A stretch of DNA of 64,000 nucleotides from Candidatus Thorarchaeota archaeon SMTZ1-45. GTDB lineage: Archaea; Asgardarchaeota; Thorarchaeia; Thorarchaeales; Thorarchaeaceae. Below are positions 10,038-20,360 of the stretch, piece after piece. Below the pieces are notes generated by a model, which searched no databases, was not told where the DNA came from, and worked only from the letters and a program-made list of their open reading frames with translations. The DNA lies in contig LRSL01000109.1 of NCBI GenBank assembly GCA_001563335.1, forward strand, positions 60,546-124,545, given 5' to 3'. How positions within the stretch are numbered: the first letter of the stretch is position 1; every line of letters begins with the position of its first letter. The position numbers and the translations under genes are program-made.

Positions 10038-10063
10038 TTTCAACACTCGAAACAGGTCATTTG

Positions 10064-10091
10064 TTAGTAACTATTTCAAAATTATTATTAA
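10064..10091. promoter_or_regulatory. Candidate NikR-type operator in the divergent promoter
   Basis: TTAGTAA-N14-TTATTAA imperfect inverted repeat between the nikR-like gene and the substrate-binding gene. Confidence 0.35.
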
Positions 10092-10125
10092 GGATTTGGC
10101 TAGATGATTTGCAGGAGAGAATGTT

Positions 10126-11196
10126 GTGATGCATAAGAAAATGTCCCTAATACCACTGATTTTAATTCTGCTACCTCTTGTCATGAGTGGAGTTACATCA
10201 GATGTGCAGGCACAAGACTCTCCTATGACTAGCATAGCTGTTTCGGTATCGTCTCTTGCTGGGATTGTTCAAGAAATTGGAGGTTCACGGGTTACTACGG
10301 CAGTCTTGTTAGAACAAGGGACCGATCCACATGCGTTCGCAGTGACTCCGGGTATCCTCGCTATCGCCAATGAAGCGGATTTATTGGTCTTCACTGGGCA
10401 CTTCCATTGGGAGGAGGAATTGGCTAATCTGACCTCAACACCATTCATCACATTTCACGATGATGATGGGGCATGGGAGAATTACGAGGATTATGGTGCT
10501 GAATTACTACCAATGCCAGGAGGTGATGTAGAAGAGCTAGATGGTGAGCATGAACATGAGGGGAACCCCCACGGTTTTTGGTTATTACCTAGGAACGCTT
10601 TGGCCATTGCTAATGCGACTCGTTTCGCACTGACTACTCTTAACAGTACAATGTCCAATGAATGGGATTCTAACTTTGCGATGTTTTTAGATTCCATTCA
10701 TGAACTAGAGGAAACAATTGAAGCTCTTGATGAGATTCATCATTTTTCAGATTTGCATGCTGTCTTGGTGGCCCCTGCAGAAGCCTATGTTGCAGAAACG
10801 TTTGGAATTAAGAGTGACGCAGTACTTCAAATTGAAGATATCACAATCTCTGGAGCAAAGCTATTGGAAGTTCAGGAGGCGATACAAAATGGGAGTATTA
10901 GCCTTATCATTGGTTCAGATGTGGCTCAGTTCCAGACTGGCGGAGAGTTTGCATATCAGTTGCAGGCAGATTACGGGGGCACTCTAATTTGGTGGAAGAC
11001 GATCTTCTTTGCAGGAGCAGATTACTTTTCGATGATGAGCTATAACCTTGGAGCCCTAGTATCTGGTCTAGAAGGAAGGTCAGGAAACAGCACAGATAAC
11101 ACAGTCAACATAGGCCTTATCGCACTATCAGGAGTTCTGGGGGTTCTTGTAGTAATTGAGTCAGTGCTTTTGATAATGCGTGCTCGAGCCGAGTAA
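10126..11196 (+). CDS. Metal ABC transporter substrate-binding protein (ZnuA/TroA family) with C-terminal membrane anchor
   Basis: Signal peptide, DPH and NPHxWL motifs, His/acidic loop, C-terminal TM helix. Confidence 0.88.
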   Translation: MMHKKMSLIPLILILLPLVMSGVTSDVQAQDSPMTSIAVSVSSLAGIVQEIGGSRVTTAVLLEQGTDPHAFAVTPGILAIANEADLLVFTGHFHWEEELANLTSTPFITFHDDDGAWENYEDYGAELLPMPGGDVEELDGEHEHEGNPHGFWLLPRNALAIANATRFALTTLNSTMSNEWDSNFAMFLDSIHELEETIEALDEIHHFSDLHAVLVAPAEAYVAETFGIKSDAVLQIEDITISGAKLLEVQEAIQNGSISLIIGSDVAQFQTGGEFAYQLQADYGGTLIWWKTIFFAGADYFSMMSYNLGALVSGLEGRSGNSTDNTVNIGLIALSGVLGVLVVIESVLLIMRARAE

Positions 11197-11206
11197 GAAT
11201 AATGAA

Positions 11207-11536
11207 TTATTGAACTTTCGTTCCAAGTCTCATGTTATACACGACGAATTCCAGCTCAGTGAGCTCATCTTGGAGTTTCTGATACTTAGCATTAAACTCA
11301 TCCACACCAATAATCCCAGCCTTTTTGTCAGTAACAAGTTGCTTCAAGGCTATCTGCCGATCGTGAATCTTTTTTTTCAGCTTCTCCCATTCCTCTTTGT
11401 TTGAGGTTACAGAACTCCCCCAGCTCCTACTTGCCTCTGCATCTTGGTCAAGCTTCTGGACAATTTCATCGAGCGATTTCTTGATGGTTTCGGGATTATC
11501 AGATTTTTCAGAATCACGCTTTCTCAAAGCTATCAC
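11207..11536 (-). CDS. Hypothetical coiled-coil protein
   Basis: 109 aa charged helical ORF filling the gap. Confidence 0.65.
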   Translation of the reverse strand: MIALRKRDSEKSDNPETIKKSLDEIVQKLDQDAEASRSWGSSVTSNKEEWEKLKKKIHDRQIALKQLVTDKKAGIIGVDEFNAKYQKLQDELTELEFVVYNMRLGTKVQ

Positions 11537-11593
11537 TACTTGAGGTTAATAGAAGTATAAACGATATATGCCTTCAGATTGCACAATAAACCA

Positions 11594-12532
11594 TTATCCA
11601 ATAATGAGTGGAAGAAGCGGTATAAGTGGTAATAAAAGAAGCGTACCAACTGTAACGGTAGTTGAGGCAGTTTCAACATCTAGATTGAACCCTGAAGCGT
11701 AGACAACGGTCAATACAGCAGGAGGCATAAGAGATTCCAAAATAAGCACTTGAATAGGTATTTGCGAAAGGGTTGAGATCAAGATAATTGGAAAGATGAT
11801 TAAGGGTACTATTAACTGACGTACCACAACAGCATTTAGGGCTGTACGAATATCCCATAGAGAGAACCGAACACCCACTCCTAGACCAACTGACACCAGT
11901 GCAAGATATGTGGTGAGAGGAGAATTATAGGAGAGTATCAGAGCAAGATCATTTGGGAGCTCTATGTTAAGTCCCATGAGAACTAGGGTCACGATTATGG
12001 CCAAAAAGGGGGGAAAAGTAGCAGCATCTTTCGCGACCTTCTTCCAACCTGCTTCTTTTCCTCCGAAAGTCGCTCCCATAGCAGAACCAAGGGTGACAAA
12101 GAGGATCATCTGAGTGAGTGAGAACATAATCACAAAAGGTACAGCAGATGGGCCTATGAAAATAAGTGCAAGAGGAAGAGGTATGAAAAGCGCGTTATTA
12201 AAAGTGGAACAGATGAAGAGGGCGCCTTTGGTCTGGTTATTAATGTCTAGCCTTCGAAGTCTAAGATAGAGTATCACAGGTCCGAGAAGGTGAATAGCAA
12301 CTACGAGTACTAGAAAGATTGGTATTTCTAATAATGAAGGTGAAGCTGATGTAAGAAAGGTATAGAAAACAAGAATTGGTAGTAGAGCCTTGATGAGCAA
12401 TGAATTAAGATGCTTATTGAGAATTTTTCCTTTTCTAGACATTCGTGAAATTAGATAGCCAAACAGAATGAAACCATAGAAGAGTAAGATTTGAGTGAAA
12501 AGGACGCTGATTGATTGGATTGCGTTCACCAC
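11594..12532 (-). CDS. AEC (auxin efflux carrier/malate permease) family transporter
   Basis: FNNALFIPLPL, PPFLA, MPPAV motifs; about 10 TM segments. Confidence 0.85.
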   Translation of the reverse strand: MVNAIQSISVLFTQILLFYGFILFGYLISRMSRKGKILNKHLNSLLIKALLPILVFYTFLTSASPSLLEIPIFLVLVVAIHLLGPVILYLRLRRLDINNQTKGALFICSTFNNALFIPLPLALIFIGPSAVPFVIMFSLTQMILFVTLGSAMGATFGGKEAGWKKVAKDAATFPPFLAIIVTLVLMGLNIELPNDLALILSYNSPLTTYLALVSVGLGVGVRFSLWDIRTALNAVVVRQLIVPLIIFPIILISTLSQIPIQVLILESLMPPAVLTVVYASGFNLDVETASTTVTVGTLLLLPLIPLLPLIIG

Positions 12533-12579
12533 CAGCTTCTGTGCCTCAAGACCTACGGAATAAGCTGCCGGATTGTGTA

Positions 12580-14361
12580 TTATAGATCAGATAATCCCAG
12601 TTCCTCAAGCGCTGTATCAGAGGGATTACCTGATTTTCTATCCCATTTTCTATAATTATAATATTCCTCCAGTTGAGCATCAACATCAGGGACAAAATCA
12701 TCTGTGACACTCTCAGCATGAGGTGTCAATAGTGGTTTGGGAAGTTTCTCATCGTCTGTTTTAAGACCAGATTTTAGATTGAAGAGTCGTTTCATCGTGA
12801 CTGCTCGTGCGCCAATTTTCAGAATGTCATCAAGTTGGTATGAGGTTCCAATTGCGAGATTCAGTAGTTCGATTATTGTTTGAGGCGGAACAATCGCAAA
12901 ATGGCACATGATGACGGAGTCAAAGAATGCTCTGAAGTCTTGAGCTCTGGCTGCTGTTATGCCTTTATTATCGTTTTCTAGCCTATCGCCAGAATTAATA
13001 CCCAGTTGTCGAAATTCTTGACCCATATCAACAGAATACATGTCTCCTTCCATGTGTGATGCTCCTCTGGAGGCAACTGTGTAGATAGTTGCCATTCCTG
13101 AGAATGCTCGAGGGTCATGGTTTGGTATCTCCATTCCTCTTACATGAAGTACAATATCCTCTGCCGAGTGTTTTTTGGCAACTGAAACCGATCCCTCAGC
13201 CAAAATATCACCAATGCCCTTCCTTGTTCCGATAGAATGGATTGTATTAATGACGCCATCGGCGTCATCCCATGTGAAACCATAGTTCGCTTTTCCAACA
13301 TCACATAGATGAGTTGTGAATGCAATAGTACTTCCACAACTGATTGTGTCCATTCCATATTGATTACAGAGATTGTTCATTAGTGCGATCTTCTTCAGGT
13401 CTGATATCAATAGGTTTGAACCAAATGAAGCAACTGTCTGAAACTCAGGACCACCTATATTTTCCAATCCATACTCTGGCACAGTTACCCTTCTTCCGCA
13501 TCCTATCGGACAAGAGTAACAAGCAATTCGACCGGTGAGAATTTCCTCCATCGATTTAGCATTGATAAGATCTGCATCATCAAATTCAATCTCTTGGAAG
13601 TACTTGATTGGCATGTCATTGAACATCATCCCAATATCCACGTACATGACTGTTCCTTGATCACTGAGCATTGACATGGCTTCACCAAGTGTCTTTCTGG
13701 ATGACTGCGCAAGTTCTTGAAACTCATCGGGAGTGTGAAGGGGGACCTTGGACTTTCCGCCAACTGCTATGGCCTTTAGTTTCTTTGATCCCATAACTGC
13801 ACCAAGACCGCATCGTGCAGATACTCGCTCGTTAGTCACAATACTCGCAAACTTGACAAGGTTTTCACCTGCAGGTCCAATGCAGCAGACTTGAACCCGT
13901 CCAAGATCGTCCTTCAGGGATTTCTGTGTTGGCCCCGTCATCTCGCCCCACAAATCTACTGCAGATAGTAACGAAACCTTTCCCTCATCGATGTGCAATG
14001 TCACTGGATTCTCCGCTCGGCCTTTGATTAGAACACCATCGAACCCAGAGAACTTTAGAAATGCACCAAAATGTCCCCCAACATGTGATTCCCCCCAGAG
14101 GTTTGTTAGTGGTGATTTTCCACACACTACATGACGACCTGTAGATGGAGCAAGTGTTCCAGTCAATGGGCCAGTCATGAAAAGGAGTATGTTGTCTGGA
14201 CTGAGAGGGTCGACACTTAGCTCAAGCTGGCTGTAAAGAAGTCGCGCTGCATATCCACTCCCACCAAGGAACTGCGTCGATATAGAGGAGTCAATCTCGA
14301 GGGTACTTGTTTCCTCTTTTGACAAGTCGGCAACTAGGATTTGACCCATGTACCCATTCAT
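12580..14361 (-). CDS. aor: Aldehyde:ferredoxin oxidoreductase (tungstopterin AOR family)
   Basis: KSPLT, ESHVGG, GLGAVMGSKKLKAI, CYSCPIGC, GMDTIS, HDPR, DSVIMC. Confidence 0.93.
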   Translation of the reverse strand: MNGYMGQILVADLSKEETSTLEIDSSISTQFLGGSGYAARLLYSQLELSVDPLSPDNILLFMTGPLTGTLAPSTGRHVVCGKSPLTNLWGESHVGGHFGAFLKFSGFDGVLIKGRAENPVTLHIDEGKVSLLSAVDLWGEMTGPTQKSLKDDLGRVQVCCIGPAGENLVKFASIVTNERVSARCGLGAVMGSKKLKAIAVGGKSKVPLHTPDEFQELAQSSRKTLGEAMSMLSDQGTVMYVDIGMMFNDMPIKYFQEIEFDDADLINAKSMEEILTGRIACYSCPIGCGRRVTVPEYGLENIGGPEFQTVASFGSNLLISDLKKIALMNNLCNQYGMDTISCGSTIAFTTHLCDVGKANYGFTWDDADGVINTIHSIGTRKGIGDILAEGSVSVAKKHSAEDIVLHVRGMEIPNHDPRAFSGMATIYTVASRGASHMEGDMYSVDMGQEFRQLGINSGDRLENDNKGITAARAQDFRAFFDSVIMCHFAIVPPQTIIELLNLAIGTSYQLDDILKIGARAVTMKRLFNLKSGLKTDDEKLPKPLLTPHAESVTDDFVPDVDAQLEEYYNYRKWDRKSGNPSDTALEELGLSDL

Positions 14362-14371
14362 CTTAATACCC

Positions 14372-15016
14372 TCAGAATTCTCGCATCATCTCCCAGATGT
14401 CTTGTTCATCCTCGACAACATCTTCAGGAAGTTCTATTGGTTTACCCACTTGTTTTGCAGTCATGTAAATCTTGCAGGTACGCTCCAATAGAATGGAGAG
14501 AAAGAGAGCATCCTTCAGGGTCTTTGCACAGCATACTGCGCCATGATTTGCTATCAGTGCTGCACTTCTTTCATCCATGACTTCGACGACATTTATCCCC
14601 AGTTGTTTTGTGCCAGGCATTGCATACTTGCTGACTCGTATCCCTGCACCCAATTTAGGAACTAACTCATCAAGTATTGGTGGTAGAGGTTCATGTAGAA
14701 TAGCCATAGCTGATGCGTAGAGACTATGTGTATGGACTATAGCGAGAACGTCACGTCGATTCTTGTAGATTTCAAGATGCATTGGTTTTTCGATACTAGG
14801 ATTTCTTGTTCCTTCTACCTCGTTCCCATCCATGTCAATGACTACAACATCATCGATGGTCATTTCTGTATAATGGACAGAACTTGGGGAGATGACAACG
14901 TGGTCTCCAACTCTGAGGCTTGCATTTCCAGATGAGCCGATGACCAAGTCGTGCTTGATCATCTCCAGACATATATTAAGTAATTCCTTCTTCTCCTTCT
15001 CATACACATCATTCAC
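14372..15016 (-). CDS. Class II aldolase/adducin family protein (FucA-like)
   Basis: SSGNAS, PSIE..MH, HTHS, NHG zinc ligands. Confidence 0.9.
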   Translation of the reverse strand: MNDVYEKEKKELLNICLEMIKHDLVIGSSGNASLRVGDHVVISPSSVHYTEMTIDDVVVIDMDGNEVEGTRNPSIEKPMHLEIYKNRRDVLAIVHTHSLYASAMAILHEPLPPILDELVPKLGAGIRVSKYAMPGTKQLGINVVEVMDERSAALIANHGAVCCAKTLKDALFLSILLERTCKIYMTAKQVGKPIELPEDVVEDEQDIWEMMREF

Positions 15017-16508
15017 CTTCGCATCTTACTTCATTCCATCTTGAATAATATCGATTATACAGCTCTGCACGGTTATCAGGTTGATAAGTGGATTTCCACC
15101 GAATCATATTCTTTGTAGCTTCATCAATTGACTGATAATAACCTGCTCCTATGGTTGCGCATATTGCTGCACCCAAGAGGCTTCCCTCAGATTGAAGGGG
15201 TGTATCAACTGGTCTATTCAACACATTAGCTAAGAGTTGTGTCCATGTTGCAGACTGAGTCATTCCTCCAATTGTCTTCACGCCAGTTGATATACTGTAT
15301 TGCTCAAGCTGCTCAATATTCCCTCTGATAGCAAACGCCACGTTCTCAAGAACAGCATGAATCATTCTAGCAGAGTTCAGGGGGGTAACCTGAGGGAGAG
15401 CAGGTTGAGGAAAGACCATACGTGCTTGCTTCACATCTGTTATTTGCTGACAGTCCATTATGCTTGGACCAAGAGTGACAAAGGTTTCCTCACTTCCAGG
15501 GGGAATTCCGCTTGCCAACTCATCAAGACTTTCAAAAGTTCTCTGTCTACATTTCACTGGGTCCTCAGATCGCTCACAAAGAAGCCTCACAGCCCACTCT
15601 AGGACCGCCCCAGTCAAAGTAGCATTACTTTCGAGAACCCATTGACCTTCTTTCATATGAGTCCCTGTCCAGATTTTCTGGTCTGGAACACAGAGATGAT
15701 TATCGAGTATCATCATCACAGGAGTTGTACTTCCTGCTATGACAGCAATTTCACCAACCTTAGAATCACTTGCCAGAAGAGCACAATGTGTATCAGCACC
15801 AGCTTGAACAACTGGAAGACCCTTTGGTAGACCACATTCTTTCTCAGCAGCAGAAGTCACCTCTCCGACCACTTCACCAGATTTTCGAATATCCGGCAAA
15901 ATGTCTAAATCTATGTTAAGAGCTGAAGCAACTTCTTCACTCCATTCGTTGGTCCGGACATCAAGAAAACCAGTCGCGCTTGCTGATGATGTGTCTGTGG
16001 AGTATACTCCTGAGAGTCTAAATGTTATCCAATCACAGATTGGAAGAAGATGCTTTACTTTTTCATAAAGCTCAGGTTTTTCTTCCTCGAACCAACTGAG
16101 TCGAGATGGCGCAAACATCATCGGGGGCCAGCAACCAGTGATCTCATGATAAGTTTCTCCAAGTGATTCATCGATGAGATATTGAGTCATTGCCCCACGA
16201 GCATCAATGTTCGGACCACCATGCAACTCGATCCCATTTGAGGCAAGTAGGACAAGACCATGTCGTTGACTGGTTGTTGCGACTGCTTTCAAATCCGAGG
16301 GCTTAATCCCAGAGTGTTTAATCGCGCCTTTGATAACTGAACAGACAAGTTTCCAGAACTCTGAAGGGTTGAACTCCTTTGCGATTTCTAGGTCAGGAGG
16401 TGTGACATAATCCCAGGATGTTCTTGATATGCCTGGACTTTCACCTTTAGGGTCAACAATCATGCATCTTACGCCTGTAGTACCTGCGTCAATCGCGGCT
16501 ACAACCAT
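15009..16508 (-). CDS. FGGY-family carbohydrate kinase (LsrK/xylulokinase-like)
   Basis: AIDAGTTGVR, TTSQRHG, NIDAR, GADT, AGST, GG. Confidence 0.88.
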   Translation of the reverse strand: MVVAAIDAGTTGVRCMIVDPKGESPGISRTSWDYVTPPDLEIAKEFNPSEFWKLVCSVIKGAIKHSGIKPSDLKAVATTSQRHGLVLLASNGIELHGGPNIDARGAMTQYLIDESLGETYHEITGCWPPMMFAPSRLSWFEEEKPELYEKVKHLLPICDWITFRLSGVYSTDTSSASATGFLDVRTNEWSEEVASALNIDLDILPDIRKSGEVVGEVTSAAEKECGLPKGLPVVQAGADTHCALLASDSKVGEIAVIAGSTTPVMMILDNHLCVPDQKIWTGTHMKEGQWVLESNATLTGAVLEWAVRLLCERSEDPVKCRQRTFESLDELASGIPPGSEETFVTLGPSIMDCQQITDVKQARMVFPQPALPQVTPLNSARMIHAVLENVAFAIRGNIEQLEQYSISTGVKTIGGMTQSATWTQLLANVLNRPVDTPLQSEGSLLGAAICATIGAGYYQSIDEATKNMIRWKSTYQPDNRAELYNRYYSRWNEVRCEGE

Positions 16509-16519
16509 TATTCATTCCC

Positions 16520-17518
16520 CTAACTGAAGACTTCTGGATTCAAGATGTTCGGGGGTTTCTCACCTTTAAGGAAAGCTAGGATGCCAGATACAATACTTTC
16601 TGATTGGCGTTGAACTGTTTCAACTGTATTTCCTCCCATATGAGGCATTACAGTGACATTGTCAAGCTCAAGAAACTCATTATCACAATCAACAGGTTCC
16701 ATGGAGAAGACATCTAGACCTGCACCTGCAATCACCCCTTTTTTCAAAGCCTCAAGAAGGGCAAATTCATCAGTTATTGATGCTCTTGCAGTGTTAATCA
16801 GAACTGCAGACCTCTTCATCTTCTCAAACTCTTTGGCTCCTAACATTCCTTGAGTTTCGTCAGTGGGTGGACAATGTATAGTGATAATATCTGACTGAGT
16901 CAATAGTTCGTCAAGCTCAACAATTCTTCCGCATACTTCTTCGACCTTTTGGGGTTCAACATATGGGTCCATCACAAGAATCTTCACACCAAACCCCTGC
17001 AAGCGTTTTGCCACCTCAAAACCAATCTGACCAAGTCCAATTATACCAACCGTTCTCCCATAGAGCTCGATGCCCATGAGACTAGTGTACATATTTGCAA
17101 AATCTTTGAAGTCATCCACAAAGAAATCATTTTTGAGAAATCGTTCAGCAGCCACTATGTTTCTCGCTTGAGCCAGCATCAGTGCGATTGTGTGCTCTGC
17201 CACTGCAATTGTATTTCGACCTGGTACTGCTAGTACTGGTATTTTGTTATCAGTTGCTGCTTGGAGTGATATATTGTTGGGAGAACCTCTAACCGATCCA
17301 ATCAGTTTCAGCTCAGTCTGTTCAATAATTTCCTCTTTTATCTCATCACCCTCCACAATTACTATCTCGAAGTTATCATCCTTAATTTTCTGAAGCAATG
17401 AATCGCTCATATGTAGTTTGCCAGTTTCTAGCCAGCTTTGATAGCTAACCTCGAGACCTGCATCTTGTAGTTTCTTTATACCAGAATCGGTCAAGGGAGC
17501 TGTGATAAGAACACGCAA
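16520..17518 (-). CDS. D-isomer-specific 2-hydroxyacid dehydrogenase (SerA-like, no ACT domain)
   Basis: AVAEHT, GIIGLGQIG, INTARA, LDVF..EP, PHMGG. Confidence 0.9.
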   Translation of the reverse strand: MRVLITAPLTDSGIKKLQDAGLEVSYQSWLETGKLHMSDSLLQKIKDDNFEIVIVEGDEIKEEIIEQTELKLIGSVRGSPNNISLQAATDNKIPVLAVPGRNTIAVAEHTIALMLAQARNIVAAERFLKNDFFVDDFKDFANMYTSLMGIELYGRTVGIIGLGQIGFEVAKRLQGFGVKILVMDPYVEPQKVEEVCGRIVELDELLTQSDIITIHCPPTDETQGMLGAKEFEKMKRSAVLINTARASITDEFALLEALKKGVIAGAGLDVFSMEPVDCDNEFLELDNVTVMPHMGGNTVETVQRQSESIVSGILAFLKGEKPPNILNPEVFS

Positions 17519-17682
17519 TCAATAGAACCTCCAATTTCAGGGTTGCCATGTATTGCTTCATCCCTTTAAAGATTCAGCGAATTATTGAGATTCTAACCAG
17601 TTTGTGGTACAAACCACGATGTAGTTCAAAGATTGTCCACTCCTTATATTCATTCTATACATGTTCATACTCGTGATTTACA

Positions 17683-18429
17683 ATGTCTGAATCTGCAATA
17701 ACGATAACAAATCTGACAAAACGATTTGGTGACATCACAGCTGTTGACAACCTCAGTCTTGAAATTGGATGGGGTGAGCTGTTTGGTATCCTCGGACCCA
17801 ATGGTGCTGGGAAGAGTACAACAGTCAATATTCTGAACACGCTTCTGGAGCCTACTGATGGCTCAGCGACGGTTGACGGGCATGATGTTGTCTTTGATCC
17901 AGAAGGTGTGCGAGAGGTGATTGGAGTTTGTCCTCAAGAGCCTGCGTTTTATCGTTTCCTTACTGGTGAAGAGAACATCTCCCTAATGGGAGAGATGCAT
18001 CTCGTGCCAAAGGACATCCTCAAGGAGCGAATCAAGACCATGGTTGAGAAGATTGGTATGGAGGACCACATCAAGAGGCGTGCTAAAGACTACAGCGGCG
18101 GAATGATTCGTCGGATTAGTATGCTCATGGCATTGATCAACGATCCAAAGGTTGCATTGTTAGACGAACCTACAGTTGCCATGGACCCAAAATCTCGTCG
18201 AGCTGTCTGGGACTTCATTCGTGAGCTGAAAGAGCAAGGGAAAGTAATCATCCTCACAACACACTATATGGAAGAGGCTCAAGAGCTCTGCGACAGAGTT
18301 GCCATCATTGATGAGGGTGCCCTCATTGCTCTTGGTTCCCCTGCGGAATTAATGGAAGAACATAGGGCAAAGAACTTGGAAGAAGTCTTCTTGAAGCTCA
18401 CTGGGAAGAAGCTGAGGGAGGCAGTGTAG
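17683..18429 (+). CDS. ABC-2 type exporter ATP-binding protein
   Basis: GPNGAGKST, YSGGM, LDEPT, LTTHYMEEA. Confidence 0.92.
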   Translation: MSESAITITNLTKRFGDITAVDNLSLEIGWGELFGILGPNGAGKSTTVNILNTLLEPTDGSATVDGHDVVFDPEGVREVIGVCPQEPAFYRFLTGEENISLMGEMHLVPKDILKERIKTMVEKIGMEDHIKRRAKDYSGGMIRRISMLMALINDPKVALLDEPTVAMDPKSRRAVWDFIRELKEQGKVIILTTHYMEEAQELCDRVAIIDEGALIALGSPAELMEEHRAKNLEEVFLKLTGKKLREAV

Positions 18430-18431
18430 AT

Positions 18432-19592
18432 ATGAACCTACGACGTATACTCGCGTTAACAAAGAAAGAGTTAAGGAAGACTACAAGAGAAACTGCTGTT
18501 CTTTTCCTTCTCATAATATTTCCAATCATGATTACCTTCGTATTTGGTTTTGCATTTGGTGCAATTGGAGGTGGAAACACTACAAGTTTCGATGTTGGCC
18601 TTCTGAATCTGGATAGTACAGGAACAGAAGCAGATTGGAGTTATGCATTTACTGGCAATCTGACTACTTCTGAGATTTTCACTGTCTATAACTTCAACGA
18701 TAATGCCACTGGACAAGATGCACTGCTCCAGGGTAATCTCGATGCGTTCATAATCATACCAGAGGGATTTGGTAATAGTGTTGAGTCATACTATGGAGCC
18801 CCATTTGACCCTAGTGCATGGGCAAACACAACAATTGGTCTCTATGTTGATAGTGGATCTATGATAGCAGTTTCAGCAGTTCCTCCTCTCGTTCAGGAAG
18901 CTCTGATGAAAACTATCTTTGGTAGCGATGCAATAGCTATCGGTCTTCCAGTTGAAATTGGAAGTCCAGCACTCGTTGAGTCAAGTACCTTTACTCAATG
19001 GGATTACATGGCTCCAGGAATCTTCGCTTTTGCAGCCATATTCATGACAATGATTGTCGCTCAGACAATGACTGTCGAGAGAGACGAAGGACTTCTTAAA
19101 AGACTCAGAACCACACCAGCCTCATCAGCAGACTATTTGGTAAGTCAAACAGTGTCCTACATGATCATTGCAGTAGTACAGGTTGCCCTTGTTCTTGCAT
19201 CGTCTTTCGCGATTGGTTATAGACCAGCGAGTGGGATAGCAGGAGTCGCGTTCACCTTTGTCATAGCTTTAGCATTCTCTCTGGTTGCAGTCGGATTCGG
19301 TCTGATTTCTGCGACAATCTCAAAGTCTGCCGAAGCAGCCACTGGAATGAGCTTCATCTTCATAATGCCTCAGATGTTCTTTGGAACATTCATGCCCGTT
19401 GGTGGCGTAACTGAGGCGATTTCGATGTTCATTCCAAGTAAATATGTCACTGATGCATTAACGACTCTCTTCCTGAGAGGCGCTCCAATAACAACTCCAG
19501 TCATCTGGACTAACTTGGCAATAGTGTCAGTGGTCGGGGTTCTGCTAGTTATTGTGGGAATCTTTCTGTTTGAGAGATTCAGTTCACGCTAG
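18432..19592 (+). CDS. ABC-2 type exporter permease
   Basis: N-terminal TM, extracellular domain, ERDEGLLKRL..TP motif, 5 further TMs. Confidence 0.9.
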   Translation: MNLRRILALTKKELRKTTRETAVLFLLIIFPIMITFVFGFAFGAIGGGNTTSFDVGLLNLDSTGTEADWSYAFTGNLTTSEIFTVYNFNDNATGQDALLQGNLDAFIIIPEGFGNSVESYYGAPFDPSAWANTTIGLYVDSGSMIAVSAVPPLVQEALMKTIFGSDAIAIGLPVEIGSPALVESSTFTQWDYMAPGIFAFAAIFMTMIVAQTMTVERDEGLLKRLRTTPASSADYLVSQTVSYMIIAVVQVALVLASSFAIGYRPASGIAGVAFTFVIALAFSLVAVGFGLISATISKSAEAATGMSFIFIMPQMFFGTFMPVGGVTEAISMFIPSKYVTDALTTLFLRGAPITTPVIWTNLAIVSVVGVLLVIVGIFLFERFSSR

Positions 19593-19620
19593 GAGTCCCA
19601 AATGGGACTCCTCATTTTTT
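19591..19620 (+). terminator. Hairpin plus U-tract after the ABC operon
   Basis: AGGAGTCCCA-AA-TGGGACTCCT followed by CATTTTTT. Confidence 0.7.
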
Positions 19621-19674
19621 CTGTTAGCCTTATTAGGGAGATTAATTGAAAGTGAATTCGTTTGATGTTGAGGT

Positions 19675-20358
19675 GTGCAAATGAGTTCTGATGAAATTGA
19701 AACAGATGAGGATATGATTAAACAAGCGAAGCAACTTCTTCTGCTCACAGATTTGGTTGACAAATATCCACAAGTGGTTTCACGTAGAGTTGCAGGACTG
19801 GTCTATATCCTAATTGGTGGTGGAATCTCATTTGCCACACTTATTCTAATGTCACTACAGAATCTTATAGGACCTGGAGATCCATTCCTGGTGAATATTG
19901 GATTTGTTATAATCAGCCTTGTCTTTTCTTGGGTCATTGGCTTTAGACTGATTGTTCCACTTACGCAATCATACCCAGCAGAACCAAGTAGATCTGAAGG
20001 TGGAGGACTGATTCTTGTATTGTGGGGGGTTATTGGAGTAGCTATTGTGGTATCATCTCTTGTACTATTCCAAATGGGATTGCATCTACTATTCCCATCA
20101 ATACTCCAATTCATAATGGGTTTTGGCTTCACAATTAACTATCTAGCTGGAAGAAGGTCTAGCACTTATGACTTCTACTCTAGAGAACATCTCTACTTTT
20201 CAATAGCAATTTTTCTCAGCATAATTCCAATGCTGATTTTTCTTGAAGCGGCATACCTGATTCTTATTGTAGTGGATATGGGTGGAATCTATATTATTGG
20301 GATATTCATGTTAATCACTGCTGAACGACTTCTTCTGGAGAGTAAAAGGCAGGGATAG
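19675..20358 (+). CDS. Multi-pass membrane protein, unknown function
   Basis: 227 aa, about 6 TMs, 2 bp before the downstream HTH gene. Confidence 0.75.
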   Translation: MQMSSDEIETDEDMIKQAKQLLLLTDLVDKYPQVVSRRVAGLVYILIGGGISFATLILMSLQNLIGPGDPFLVNIGFVIISLVFSWVIGFRLIVPLTQSYPAEPSRSEGGGLILVLWGVIGVAIVVSSLVLFQMGLHLLFPSILQFIMGFGFTINYLAGRRSSTYDFYSREHLYFSIAIFLSIIPMLIFLEAAYLILIVVDMGGIYIIGIFMLITAERLLLESKRQG

Positions 20359-20360
20359 AG

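Noticed and set aside
11207-11536. ESCRT/Cdv-related eukaryotic signature protein
   Set aside because: Only generic coiled-coil character, with no diagnostic motif or ESCRT neighbours.
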